Shown: piece by piece, positions 24,301 through 33,157 of the stretch
Layout of the letters: every line of letters begins with the position of its first letter
Numbering within the stretch: position 1 is the stretch's first letter
From: a bacterium
GTDB taxonomy: Bacteria; UBA8248
Direction: 5' to 3'
Length of the DNA: 64,000 bases
NCBI GenBank assembly: GCA_965213685.1
Contig: CBDBZY010000012.1
Span: 1-64,000, forward strand
The notes under the pieces: model-generated
The model's input: only the letters and a program-made list of their open reading frames with translations
Databases searched by the model: none
What the model was told of the DNA's origin: nothing
Position numbers and translations under genes: made by a program

Positions 24301-25485
24301 GTGAAGATCGCACTCATCCGATCTGCGGTGCACCGCCACGGCGGGGCGGAGCGCTACGTCTGGCACCTGGCTGAGGAGATGGACAGGCGCGGGCATGAGG
24401 TGCATATCATCGCCAGGAGATGTCCGGAGCTCCCCTCCGCCTCCATCCGGTTTCACGCCGTGCGCGTTTCGGGTCTTTTTTCCTTCCAGAAGGTTCTGGC
24501 TTTCGCAAGAGGGGTGGAGAAAATTCTGGAGGAGGAGCGGTTCGACATCGTCCACGCGTGTGACCGGATTCACCGATGCGACGTCTACCAGGCCGAGGAG
24601 GGGCTGCATCGCGAATGGCTGCGCGTCTCGGCGCCGTACCTCTCGCCCGGCGCCCGGCTCATCCGGAGCCTGGATCCGCTGCACAGGGTGCTTTTGAGGC
24701 TGGAGGAGAACCTCATCGGCAAAGGCGGCGCCCGGTTGGTGACGGCCATCAGCCGCAAGGGGGCCGAGGAGATTCAGAGGCATTTCGGTCCCAGGGAAAC
24801 TCCCATCGTCTATAACGGCGTGGATGTGGAGGAATTCCGGCCGCCAACAGGTGCGGAGCGCGCGCAGGCGAGGCAAAGGATGCATCTGGCGGAAAGCGAT
24901 TTCGCCGTTCTCTACGTGGGAACCGGCTTTTTTCGCAAGGGGCTGCGCTATCTGATAGAGGGGTTCGCCAGGACGGCGAGCCCGCAAAATGGCAAAACCC
25001 TCCGGTTGCTGGTGTGCGGGCGAGGGGCGAGAGGCCCCTACGAACGGCTCGTGCGCGCGCATGGCCTGGAGGCTCGGGTTCGCTTTGTGAACGATGGCCC
25101 GCCCATGGCGCTGCTGTATCGGGCGGCGGACGCCTTTGTGTTTCCCACCCTGTATGAGCCGTTTGGAAACGTTTGCCTGGAAGCGATGGCGAGCGGGTTG
25201 CCCTGCGTGTTTTCATCGAGAAGCGGCGGGGCGGAGCTCATCCGCGACGGGAGAGAGGGTTATATTCTGGAAGACCCCACCAGCGCAGACGATATTGCGC
25301 GCCTCACCTCCTTGTGCATGGATGAAGAGAAGACGGCGGCCATGGGAGAGGCGGCGCGCGCGCTTTCGCTGCAATATGCCTGGCGGGCCAATGCGGATGC
25401 GACCGAGAAGCTCTACCAAAAAATTCTCGGACGCAAGAAGGCGGAGGCAGAATCCGCAAGTCCGGACGCGCGCATCGGCCGGTGA
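24301..25485 (+). CDS. GT4 glycosyltransferase, WaaG-like
   Basis: GGAERY, YNGVD, RKG, YEPFGNVCLEAMASG. Confidence 0.88.
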   Translation: MKIALIRSAVHRHGGAERYVWHLAEEMDRRGHEVHIIARRCPELPSASIRFHAVRVSGLFSFQKVLAFARGVEKILEEERFDIVHACDRIHRCDVYQAEEGLHREWLRVSAPYLSPGARLIRSLDPLHRVLLRLEENLIGKGGARLVTAISRKGAEEIQRHFGPRETPIVYNGVDVEEFRPPTGAERAQARQRMHLAESDFAVLYVGTGFFRKGLRYLIEGFARTASPQNGKTLRLLVCGRGARGPYERLVRAHGLEARVRFVNDGPPMALLYRAADAFVFPTLYEPFGNVCLEAMASGLPCVFSSRSGGAELIRDGREGYILEDPTSADDIARLTSLCMDEEKTAAMGEAARALSLQYAWRANADATEKLYQKILGRKKAEAESASPDARIGR

Positions 25486-25729
25486 ATGCGTTTCGTGCAG
25501 CACAAGGCGGCGCAGGCCCGCAAGAGCGCATGCTGAAAAATGGGCGATGGCCTGTGAAGGGCGTCGATCTTTGGCGTGACGGCCGCGCCCCCGCGTTTCA
25601 TTCCGGCGGTCTGTTTCTCACCCTCTCCCTTGCGACGTCCGATGCCGTTGTGCGAGAAGGCGCGCAATCCGGGCGCTTGGCGGGCAAGGGGGCAGGAGGT
25701 GTGTTTGATTCCGGGGCGAGGGCCGGGGT

Positions 25730-26953
25730 TTGATGGATGACTTGAGAGAATCTTTTGGGGAATTGCGCGCTCGCTTGCGGAGGCGTTCGCCGCTGTGCCG
25801 GGTGGCGTTTGGCGGGCTTTTCGGTTTTGTCGTCAGCTCTCCGTTTTCGATATCGCTCGCCCAGATTTGCGTGTTCACGGCCATGGCGGCGTGGCTGGCT
25901 TCGATGGGCAGGGAGACTCCCCTGCTGACGGAAAAGTTTCCCTTGTGGAGGCCCTGGCTCCTTTTCGCGCTGCTGACGCTCGCAAGCGCCTTTCATTCTC
26001 CCGCTACCATCCAGAGCCTGATCAAGGCCAAGGAGTTGACGCAAATCGTCATCTTCTATTTGGCCCTCAACCTCATCGAGGATGACCGGGAGGCGCTTTG
26101 GCTGGTGAAGGCTCTCTTCGTGGCCGCCGCCGCCGCCGCCTTGTATCCTCTGGTCGTTTCACTGCAAACGCCGTTGTCGCTGAGCAACCGGATGGCGGGT
26201 TTTTTCAGTAACCCCATGACGCTCGGCGGCTATTTCCTCGTGGTGGGCACCTTGGTGCTATCCTATGTCTTTGTGCCGGGGCCGAAGCGCGGGAGGGCGT
26301 GGGCATACGTCCCGACCCTGCTGATCGTCGCGGCGTTGATGACCACCCTGAGTCGTCATGCGTGGGTGGGCCTCATCGTCGGGGCGGTGGCGATCGCCAT
26401 GGCGGGCAAAAGCAGAAAGGTCGGTTTGTTTATGGCGCTGGTGGTTGCGTTGGCGCTGTTCGTGATGCCTCACGTCATACGGGAGCGGATGAAGGACATC
26501 GGGAATCCTGCGGAGAGAACGGCTGTGATTCGCTTCGACCTGTGGAAAAGCGGCTTCCACATGTGGATGGACAAGAAACTCCTTGGGGTTGGCCCTGGGC
26601 AGGTCAAATCCCACTATGGGCATTATGCGAGCCCTGGAGCAGCGAATAAATCTCGGGGCCATTTGCACAACAACGTCGTGCATTTGGCCGCCGAACGGGG
26701 ACTTCTTGCCCTGGGCGCCTGGATTTGGGCCTGGATCGGGTATTTCGTCCTGGTGATTCGGCGCGTCCGGGATACGCGAGACGCGCCTTTCGGAACGCGA
26801 TTCCGCATGGTGGGCGGTCTGGCCGTCGCCGCAGGCTTCCTCAGCGCCGGCATGTTTGAATACAACTTCGGCGATTCCGAAGTGGTCATGCTCATGTTCT
26901 TTGCGAGCGCCCTGCCTTTTGTGGGCGGGACGGACGAGACGCCCCCGGGCTAG
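25730..26953 (+). CDS. waaL: O-antigen ligase family protein
   Basis: Many TM helices, TLSRHAW, R..LW, GVGPG, HLHN, ERG. Confidence 0.85.
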   Translation: MMDDLRESFGELRARLRRRSPLCRVAFGGLFGFVVSSPFSISLAQICVFTAMAAWLASMGRETPLLTEKFPLWRPWLLFALLTLASAFHSPATIQSLIKAKELTQIVIFYLALNLIEDDREALWLVKALFVAAAAAALYPLVVSLQTPLSLSNRMAGFFSNPMTLGGYFLVVGTLVLSYVFVPGPKRGRAWAYVPTLLIVAALMTTLSRHAWVGLIVGAVAIAMAGKSRKVGLFMALVVALALFVMPHVIRERMKDIGNPAERTAVIRFDLWKSGFHMWMDKKLLGVGPGQVKSHYGHYASPGAANKSRGHLHNNVVHLAAERGLLALGAWIWAWIGYFVLVIRRVRDTRDAPFGTRFRMVGGLAVAAGFLSAGMFEYNFGDSEVVMLMFFASALPFVGGTDETPPG

Positions 26954-26978
26954 GCTCCCCCCTTGCCGCCGCGTATGG

Positions 26979-28163
26979 TTATGGTAGCCGCAGCAAAGAC
27001 TGGAAAAAGCCCAGCTTCTTGACGCGCTCGGCGGCCACGACGCGGATTTCTCCCAGTTTGTTTCCGCCCAGCTCATATACGACGCGGCCCACCTTTTGGC
27101 CTGCGCGGACGGGTGCGGGTATCGCCTGGGGCAGTTCCGCCTTCATGGATATGCGCTTCTCCTCGCCGCGTCTTATCAGCGCCCTGAGTTTTCCTTGCGG
27201 GCGGAGGCGGACGGCCCGCTTCTGGCCTTTCAGCACCTTGATCTCCCGTCGCTTCCACGGCTTCGCCTTCTCCAGGTGGACCCAGTGGTATCGGGCAAAA
27301 CCCCAGCCGAGCAGGCGCCTGGCCTCCTTGAATCGACGTCTGGAGTGGCTCGAGCCCATGACGACGGCGATGAGCCGCAGATTTTTCCGCCTGGCCGTAG
27401 CGACGATGCTGAACCCCGCCTTTTTGTGATAGCCCGTTTTCAGGCCGTCCATCCCCCGAAACCGTCTCAGCAGGGTGTTTGTGTTCTCGAGAGTGAAGGT
27501 TCCGTTTCGGAACGGAGCCTTCCTGATGGAGCTCCACTCGGTGATCTGCGGATGCTTGAGGACCTCGCGGGCGAGGAGGCTGGCGTCTCGCGCACTCATG
27601 CGATTGCCCGGCCTCCCGCCTCCCGGGGGAAGGCCGTTGACGTTTACGAAGCGGGTGTCCGTCATGCCGAGCTCCCGGGCGCGCTCGTTCATCATTTCAA
27701 CGAAAACGTCAACGTCTCCGGCAATGTGTTCCGCCACGGCGTAGGAGGAATCGTTGGCGGAGCTGATGATGATGGATTTCAGCAAATCCCGGAGGGAGAA
27801 TTTCTCCCCCTGTGCCAGATACACCTGCTGCCCCCCGATCCGGGAGGCGCTTCTGCTGATGGTGATCACCTCATCGAGGCGGATGGTGCCTTTTTTCACG
27901 TGCTCCATGGCGATCAGCGCCGTCATCATCTTCACGATGGAGGCGGGCTGTGCGGGAAGCCGCGGGTTGTGCGCCTTCAACACCCGCCCCGTATTCGCCT
28001 CGACGAGGTACGCGGAACGATAGGGCACAACTTTGTTGCGGGAGCGCCTTTTTCGCGCGGAAGCCGAATCGGGGCAGATCGTCAGGAATGAGGCGCACAA
28101 GAGCAGCGCGAGTGTCAGGGCGGCGAAGCGAAAGTGCTGGTGTTCCTGGGAGGCAGGCGACAT
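26979..28163 (-). CDS. dacA: D-Ala-D-Ala carboxypeptidase (S11)
   Basis: SxxK (PASIVK), SAN, KTG motifs; signal peptide; PBP5 C-terminal domain. Confidence 0.9.
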   Translation of the reverse strand: MSPASQEHQHFRFAALTLALLLCASFLTICPDSASARKRRSRNKVVPYRSAYLVEANTGRVLKAHNPRLPAQPASIVKMMTALIAMEHVKKGTIRLDEVITISRSASRIGGQQVYLAQGEKFSLRDLLKSIIISSANDSSYAVAEHIAGDVDVFVEMMNERARELGMTDTRFVNVNGLPPGGGRPGNRMSARDASLLAREVLKHPQITEWSSIRKAPFRNGTFTLENTNTLLRRFRGMDGLKTGYHKKAGFSIVATARRKNLRLIAVVMGSSHSRRRFKEARRLLGWGFARYHWVHLEKAKPWKRREIKVLKGQKRAVRLRPQGKLRALIRRGEEKRISMKAELPQAIPAPVRAGQKVGRVVYELGGNKLGEIRVVAAERVKKLGFFQSLLRLP

Positions 28164-28411
28164 GTTTTCCCCTCAGCGCTTGGGCGATTCGGGCGGGGGC
28201 TTTATGGAATTTCTGAGTATACCAGGCCAACATTATGAATTGTAAGAAGATTAGGGTTTTTGCGCGCGTTTGTCAAAGTGCCCATAACGACGGGGCGCAA
28301 CGGGGCGTGGCCATCGCAGTCCGCCCGGCGGCGGAGATGCGGGGTTCCGCGCGCGCCGGCGGGAGGGCGAAATTCCGTTTCTTGCGTCTCGCGGATTGCT
28401 CTGATAGGATT

Positions 28412-28510
28412 TGCGTCATCCGGAAAGAGTTCTGGAATGCGCCGGTTCCCTATGGCGACGCACCTCAAGCGTGCCCCGTGACGAGAATGGGGCTTGGGAT
28501 TCTTTTTTTG
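28412..28510 (+). promoter_or_regulatory. Structured leader with terminator-like hairpin upstream of dapA (candidate attenuator or riboswitch)
   Basis: Pairings TGCGTC/GACGCA, TCCGGAA/TTCTGGA, GCCCCGT/ATGGGGC followed by a T-tract at 28500-28509. Confidence 0.4.
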
Positions 28511-28540
28511 GCCGCGATGGGCGGAGAGGGAGGTCTTCTC

Positions 28541-29431
28541 ATGTTCAGGGGCTCTTATGTCGCAATGGTCACCCCGTTCCGCGACGGAAAACTCGACGAG
28601 GAGGGCGTGCGCTCTCTGGTGGAATTTCATGTGGAGAATGGAACGCACGGGATCGTGGCGTGCGGCACCACCGGAGAATCCGCCACGCTGAGCCATGCGG
28701 AGCACGACCGGGTCGTCGAGCTGGTGATCGAGCAGGTCGGCGGGAGGCTGCCCGTCATCGCCGGCTCCGGCTCGAACAGCACGGCGGAGGCCGTCCAGCG
28801 CACCCGATTCGCCGCGAGGGCCGGTGCGGACGGCGCGCTCCTCGTGGCGCCCTACTACAACAAGCCGACGCAAGAGGGGCTGTATCAGCATTTTCGCGCC
28901 GTCGCGGAATCGGCGGATATCCCCATCGTTCTCTACAACGTTCCCGGCCGCACGGTCGTCCAGATAGCACCCGACACGGTGGCGCGCCTCGCAGAGATTC
29001 CCAACGTCGTGGCCATCAAGGAGGCGACCGGGAGTCTGGCGAATTGCTGCGACATCATCTCGCGCGTGCCGGATGATTTCATCGTGCTTTCCGGAGACGA
29101 TTTCGTCACCCTGCCCATGATGGCGATGGGCGCAGTGGGCACGATTTCGGTGACCGCGAACGTGGCGCCGGCGGATGTGGCCCGGATGTGCCAGGCGCAG
29201 CTGGACGGAGACGCCGCGGCGGCGCGGGCGCTGCACTACAAGATGTGGGAGCTCAACCACATGATGTTTTGCGAGACGAACCCGATTCCGGCCAAAGCGG
29301 CGCTGGCGATCATGGGGCGCATCGCCCTCGAATACAGGTTGCCGCTCTGCGCGCCGTCCGAGGCCAACATGAGGAGACTGGAAGCGTTCACGAAGAAATA
29401 TGGCCTGATCGAAGAGGCGGTGACGACATAA
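28541..29431 (+). CDS. dapA: 4-hydroxy-tetrahydrodipicolinate synthase
   Basis: GTTGES, PYYNKP, YNVPGRT, IKEA, ETNPIP; GGAGG RBS before 28541. Confidence 0.95.
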   Translation: MFRGSYVAMVTPFRDGKLDEEGVRSLVEFHVENGTHGIVACGTTGESATLSHAEHDRVVELVIEQVGGRLPVIAGSGSNSTAEAVQRTRFAARAGADGALLVAPYYNKPTQEGLYQHFRAVAESADIPIVLYNVPGRTVVQIAPDTVARLAEIPNVVAIKEATGSLANCCDIISRVPDDFIVLSGDDFVTLPMMAMGAVGTISVTANVAPADVARMCQAQLDGDAAAARALHYKMWELNHMMFCETNPIPAKAALAIMGRIALEYRLPLCAPSEANMRRLEAFTKKYGLIEEAVTT

Positions 29432-29451
29432 CGGGCCGCATGAGGCGAAAA

Positions 29452-29488
29452 GGCGAGGGGGGGAGGAGCAACCCTCCGCTTTCTCGTC
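29452..29488. terminator. Hairpin between convergent dapA and amidohydrolase
   Basis: GGCGAGGGG.GGAGG pairs with CCTCC..TTTCTCGTC. Confidence 0.45.
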
Positions 29489-29497
29489 TGGAGGCGA

Positions 29498-30376
29498 TTA
29501 TTCCTCCAGGCCCAGAACCCGGAGGGCGTTTCCGCCGCACCAGAGCTCTTTGACGTCGTCTTTGAGCGGAAACTTGTCCAATTCGGCCAAGCTCTCCCCG
29601 GGGCTGATCATCGGCCAGTTCGAGGCCCATAGAATCTTGTTCTTCAGCACGGAGTTTCCGTAGCGAATCAAGGGCTCCCAGCCGGTGCCGGGTGCCCGGA
29701 TGTATTTCGGCATCGTGCCGCTGATTTCGATATACAGGTTGGGGTGCCGCCAGCTCACCGCGACCATTTCCGCGATCCAGGGCCAGCCCCCGTGCACCGC
29801 CACGATGCGCAGCTCGGGAAAATCCCTGGCCACCTCGTCCAGGTAAATCGGGCGCCCGAAATCCAGGAGGTGGGAGCTCGAGAGGTTCATCGACGTGTGG
29901 AGGAGAACAGGGATATCCAGCTCCACGCATTTGGCGTAGACGGGGTAGAATTTCTTGTCGTTCGCATACAGCCCGAGCTCCCACGGTCCCATGTTCACGC
30001 CCCGTAGTCCGTACTCCTTGACCTCGCACTCCAGGTCGCGCAGCGCGTCCATGCCGCGGAAGGGGTCGCACCCGGCCGTTCCGATGAGGCGATTCGGGTA
30101 ATCCCGGATATATTCGTGGAGGACTTCGGCGGGGAATTTCGCGCCGGATATCGTCGTCATGTCCGAGGTCTTGACGAGGGCTTTGTCCACTCCCTGCGCA
30201 TCCAGAAAGGCGATGAACTCGGCCGGTGCCATGTAGCCGTGCTCCTCCTCGTTCCCGTATACCCTGTCGCCATAGTGCCTGGCGTAGTCCGCGAAGCGCC
30301 CTTCCGGTTTCAGGTATCTGTCCAGACCTTCTGGAATGGGGCACGAGACCCTGAAGTCAACGACGGGCTTGGCCAT
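29498..30376 (-). CDS. Amidohydro_2 family protein
   Basis: YPVYAKCVELDIPVLLH, FPELRIVAVHGGWPW, SNWP, GGNALR. Confidence 0.85.
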   Translation of the reverse strand: MAKPVVDFRVSCPIPEGLDRYLKPEGRFADYARHYGDRVYGNEEEHGYMAPAEFIAFLDAQGVDKALVKTSDMTTISGAKFPAEVLHEYIRDYPNRLIGTAGCDPFRGMDALRDLECEVKEYGLRGVNMGPWELGLYANDKKFYPVYAKCVELDIPVLLHTSMNLSSSHLLDFGRPIYLDEVARDFPELRIVAVHGGWPWIAEMVAVSWRHPNLYIEISGTMPKYIRAPGTGWEPLIRYGNSVLKNKILWASNWPMISPGESLAELDKFPLKDDVKELWCGGNALRVLGLEE

Positions 30377-30522
30377 TTCTTAGTCTCCGGAAGATGGGAA
30401 TCGGAAAACGGGAGGATACATCAGGACGGACGCGCCGGGATACTTGGGGACAGGAAACGACCCTCCTCGCCAGCGGGCGCCGAATCCCTTATCCTCCTCC
30501 GATGCCGGAATAGGGGGGTCGT

Positions 30523-31764
30523 ATGCGGGAGCGCGATACACCGGCGAACGGCTGGCTGTGGGCGATTTGCGCGGCGCAGGTGCCCATGATGCTCGTCTAC
30601 GCGAATTACGTGGCGGCACTCCCGCTCCTCCAGGCGGAATGGAACCTCACCAACGCGCAGGCGGGCACGATTTACACGGCGTTTTACGTGGGCTACATCC
30701 TGGCTTCGGCCGTGCTGGCGACCGCGACCGACTACATGAGCGCGAAGCGGATATATCTGGGCGCGAGCCTGTGGCTGGCGCTCCTGAACCTGATGTTCCC
30801 CCTCCTCGCCGACGGCTTCGTCAGCGCGTCGCTCTTCCGGGGACTGGCGGGCGTGGGGCTGGCGGGCACCTACGCCCCCGCCCTGCGGCTCGTGGCGGAG
30901 CATGCGCCGGCGCAGAGGCGCGCCCGCATGGTGGGGGTGTACACGTTTTTTTATACCGTGGGCGTCGCCGTCTCGATGTACGCGACGGGCGCGCTCGTTG
31001 CGCATTACGAGTGGCGCGCGGCGTTCGCGCTGACCTCCCTCGGCCCGGTCGCCGGATTTTTGTGCATGGCTCTCCTGCTGCCGTCCACGCCCTCGCCAAG
31101 GGCCGGCGAAGATGGCGGCTTCGAGTTTCCCAACCTTCCGGCGCCCGTGTGGGTGCTCACGGGCGTGGTCGGGGCGCACCGCTGGGAGGTGTTCGCGTTC
31201 AGGGGCTGGATCGTCACCTTTCTGGCGGCCTCCCTGGTGATGACGGGAGGGGAAACGCGGGAGGGCGCCCTGCGGGCGGCGTCCTCGGCCGCCGCGCTGA
31301 TCATCGGGCTGAGCGCCGTCTCGAAACTCATCGGCGGGTGGCTTGCCGATAGAGTCGGCCGTCCCCCGACGATCGTCGGAAGTCTTTTTCTGAGCGGGGC
31401 CATCTCGGCCTCCATCGGGTTCGCCTTCGGGATGCCTTTTGGGGTGCTGCAGGCCTTGTGTCTGCTCTGGGTGATCGTGATGCACGTGGACGCCCCCGTC
31501 CTGGTGGTGTTGACGGCGGAGCTCACGCCTAGGCGCCACCTCGGCTCGGCGTTGGGCCTGCAGTCGGGACTGGGCTTTCTGCTCGGCTCCCTCTCTCCCA
31601 TGGCGGTGGGCAAACTCCTGGATATGACCAACCGCTCGGGTGACGCCGGATTCCCCGCAAACTGGAGCTGGGCGTTCACGGGTCCGGGAATCGCGGCGAT
31701 CCTGGGGGCGATCGCCACCATTTTCATCGCCCGGCGCCTCCCGCGCGGAGGAGGAGAGTCCTGA
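30523..31764 (+). CDS. MFS transporter
   Basis: About 12 hydrophobic segments; GWLADRVGR motif A. Confidence 0.88.
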   Translation: MRERDTPANGWLWAICAAQVPMMLVYANYVAALPLLQAEWNLTNAQAGTIYTAFYVGYILASAVLATATDYMSAKRIYLGASLWLALLNLMFPLLADGFVSASLFRGLAGVGLAGTYAPALRLVAEHAPAQRRARMVGVYTFFYTVGVAVSMYATGALVAHYEWRAAFALTSLGPVAGFLCMALLLPSTPSPRAGEDGGFEFPNLPAPVWVLTGVVGAHRWEVFAFRGWIVTFLAASLVMTGGETREGALRAASSAAALIIGLSAVSKLIGGWLADRVGRPPTIVGSLFLSGAISASIGFAFGMPFGVLQALCLLWVIVMHVDAPVLVVLTAELTPRRHLGSALGLQSGLGFLLGSLSPMAVGKLLDMTNRSGDAGFPANWSWAFTGPGIAAILGAIATIFIARRLPRGGGES

Positions 31765-31856
31765 AGCGCAAGAAGGGGGGGAGGGTTCTGCGGTAGAGAG
31801 GGGGGAGAGAGCTCCTTCCGCCGGACGGGAATGATTTCCTGGCGAAATTACCGCGC

Positions 31857-31884
31857 TTGACGATGCGGGCGATTTCGATATAAT
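31857..31884 (+). promoter_or_regulatory. Sigma70-type promoter for the ABC operon
   Basis: TTGACG-N16-TATAAT. Confidence 0.65.
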
Positions 31885-31996
31885 GCGCAACATCTTGGGA
31901 AAAGACCGACGCATGACGGCTTGCGGGAAAACTCTGGAGATACGCTTTCTTTATCGCTTTCGTGCCCGCTACCCCACTAGGACAAGGAGAACACAC

Positions 31997-33010
31997 ATGC
32001 TGAAGGCAATGATCACGGGTCTCATGGCGGCGGCTTTTTTGAGCGCGCCGGCGTTCGCCGCGGACGAGGCGACCATGCGCGCCGCAAAGAAAGAGGGGAA
32101 GGTTACCTGGTATTCTTCCATCACGCTGAACATCGCGCAGGACATCTGCAACCGCTTCAACAAGAAGAAAACGGGCGTTCAGTGCGTTCTCCACCGCGAC
32201 GGATCGGGCAAGCTCTATCGTCGTTATCTGCAGGAGCGCAAGGGCGGGATTTATGTCGCCGACGTGATTCACACCTCGAACCTGGGCCATTTCCTGAACC
32301 TCAAGGCCAAGAAGATCATCACGCCCTACAAGCCGGCCGGCACCGACAACTTCAACCCGAAGTTCGTGACCAAGGACAACTACTGGACGATCCTTCGCGC
32401 GGGCGTGTTGATGCCCTTCTACAACACCAACAAAATCAGCGCGAAAGACGCGCCCAAGACATATGCGGATTTCCTCGACCCCAAATGGAAGGGCAAAATC
32501 GTTCACTCGCACCCGAGCTATAGCGGATTCGTCACGAACGGGATGATCAACCTCGTGAACAAGTTCGGCTGGGATTATTACAAGAAGTTGGCCAAGCAGA
32601 AGCCAAAGATCGTGCAATCCGCGGCTGGCGGCATTCCTCTCGTGGCGCGCGGCGAGCTCTGGCTGGGCGCGGGCACGACCTCCTATGCGCTGCTCAAGAA
32701 AATCCAGGGCGGCGAGCCGCTCAAGCCCATCGTTCCTCCGGCGGGCCTGGCGCTCGTGACCTCGCCCAACGGCGTGTTCACGAAGGCGCCGAACCCCAAC
32801 GCCGCGCGCGTGTTCACCGACTATCTGTTCAGCATGGAGACCATGCAGCTGCTGGCGGACTACTTCCTCTATGTGGGCAACCCCGACGTGAAGTATCCCA
32901 AGGCGCTGCCGCCGCTCAAGGACATCAACCTGATGAGCATCGGCGGGACGGAGTTGAAGAAGAAGAACAAGCCGACGCGCAAGCAGTTCAAGAAGTTCTT
33001 CGGCGTATAG
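31997..33010 (+). CDS. ABC substrate-binding protein (Fe3+/thiamine/polyamine-like cluster)
   Basis: Signal peptide, AKKEGKVTWYSS, YNT, PKW.GK, APNPNAA; AAGGAG RBS. Confidence 0.88.
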   Translation: MLKAMITGLMAAAFLSAPAFAADEATMRAAKKEGKVTWYSSITLNIAQDICNRFNKKKTGVQCVLHRDGSGKLYRRYLQERKGGIYVADVIHTSNLGHFLNLKAKKIITPYKPAGTDNFNPKFVTKDNYWTILRAGVLMPFYNTNKISAKDAPKTYADFLDPKWKGKIVHSHPSYSGFVTNGMINLVNKFGWDYYKKLAKQKPKIVQSAAGGIPLVARGELWLGAGTTSYALLKKIQGGEPLKPIVPPAGLALVTSPNGVFTKAPNPNAARVFTDYLFSMETMQLLADYFLYVGNPDVKYPKALPPLKDINLMSIGGTELKKKNKPTRKQFKKFFGV

Positions 33011-33018
33011 GAACAGAG

Positions 33019-33077
33019 GGGCGGGGGCGGCTTCTTAGCGCGAAGTCGAGAGGTCGCTCCCGCTTCATTCTTGTTTT
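33019..33077 (+). terminator. Long intercistronic hairpin after the binding-protein gene
   Basis: GGGCGGGGGCGGCTTCT pairs with AGAGGTCGCTCCCGCTT, followed by a T-rich run. Confidence 0.55.
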
Positions 33078-33157
33078 TCGGCAGACTGCGTTTTTCAAAA
33101 TGACTTGATGGAAAATGACTTGACGGGTTGTCACCGCCGGGCAGAAAAGAGGCGCAC

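Noticed and set aside
28235-28540. Canonical lysine or ykkC riboswitch; 102-aa N-terminal extension of DapA
   Set aside because: No recognisable lysine-aptamer core, and GGGTTCCGC alone is not enough for ykkC; DapA homology and an RBS start at 28541.
29498-30376. Amidohydrolase lacking the N-terminal HxH (VDFRV)
   Set aside because: I recall D-F-R starts in other Amidohydro_2 members, and nothing here points to a specific new function.
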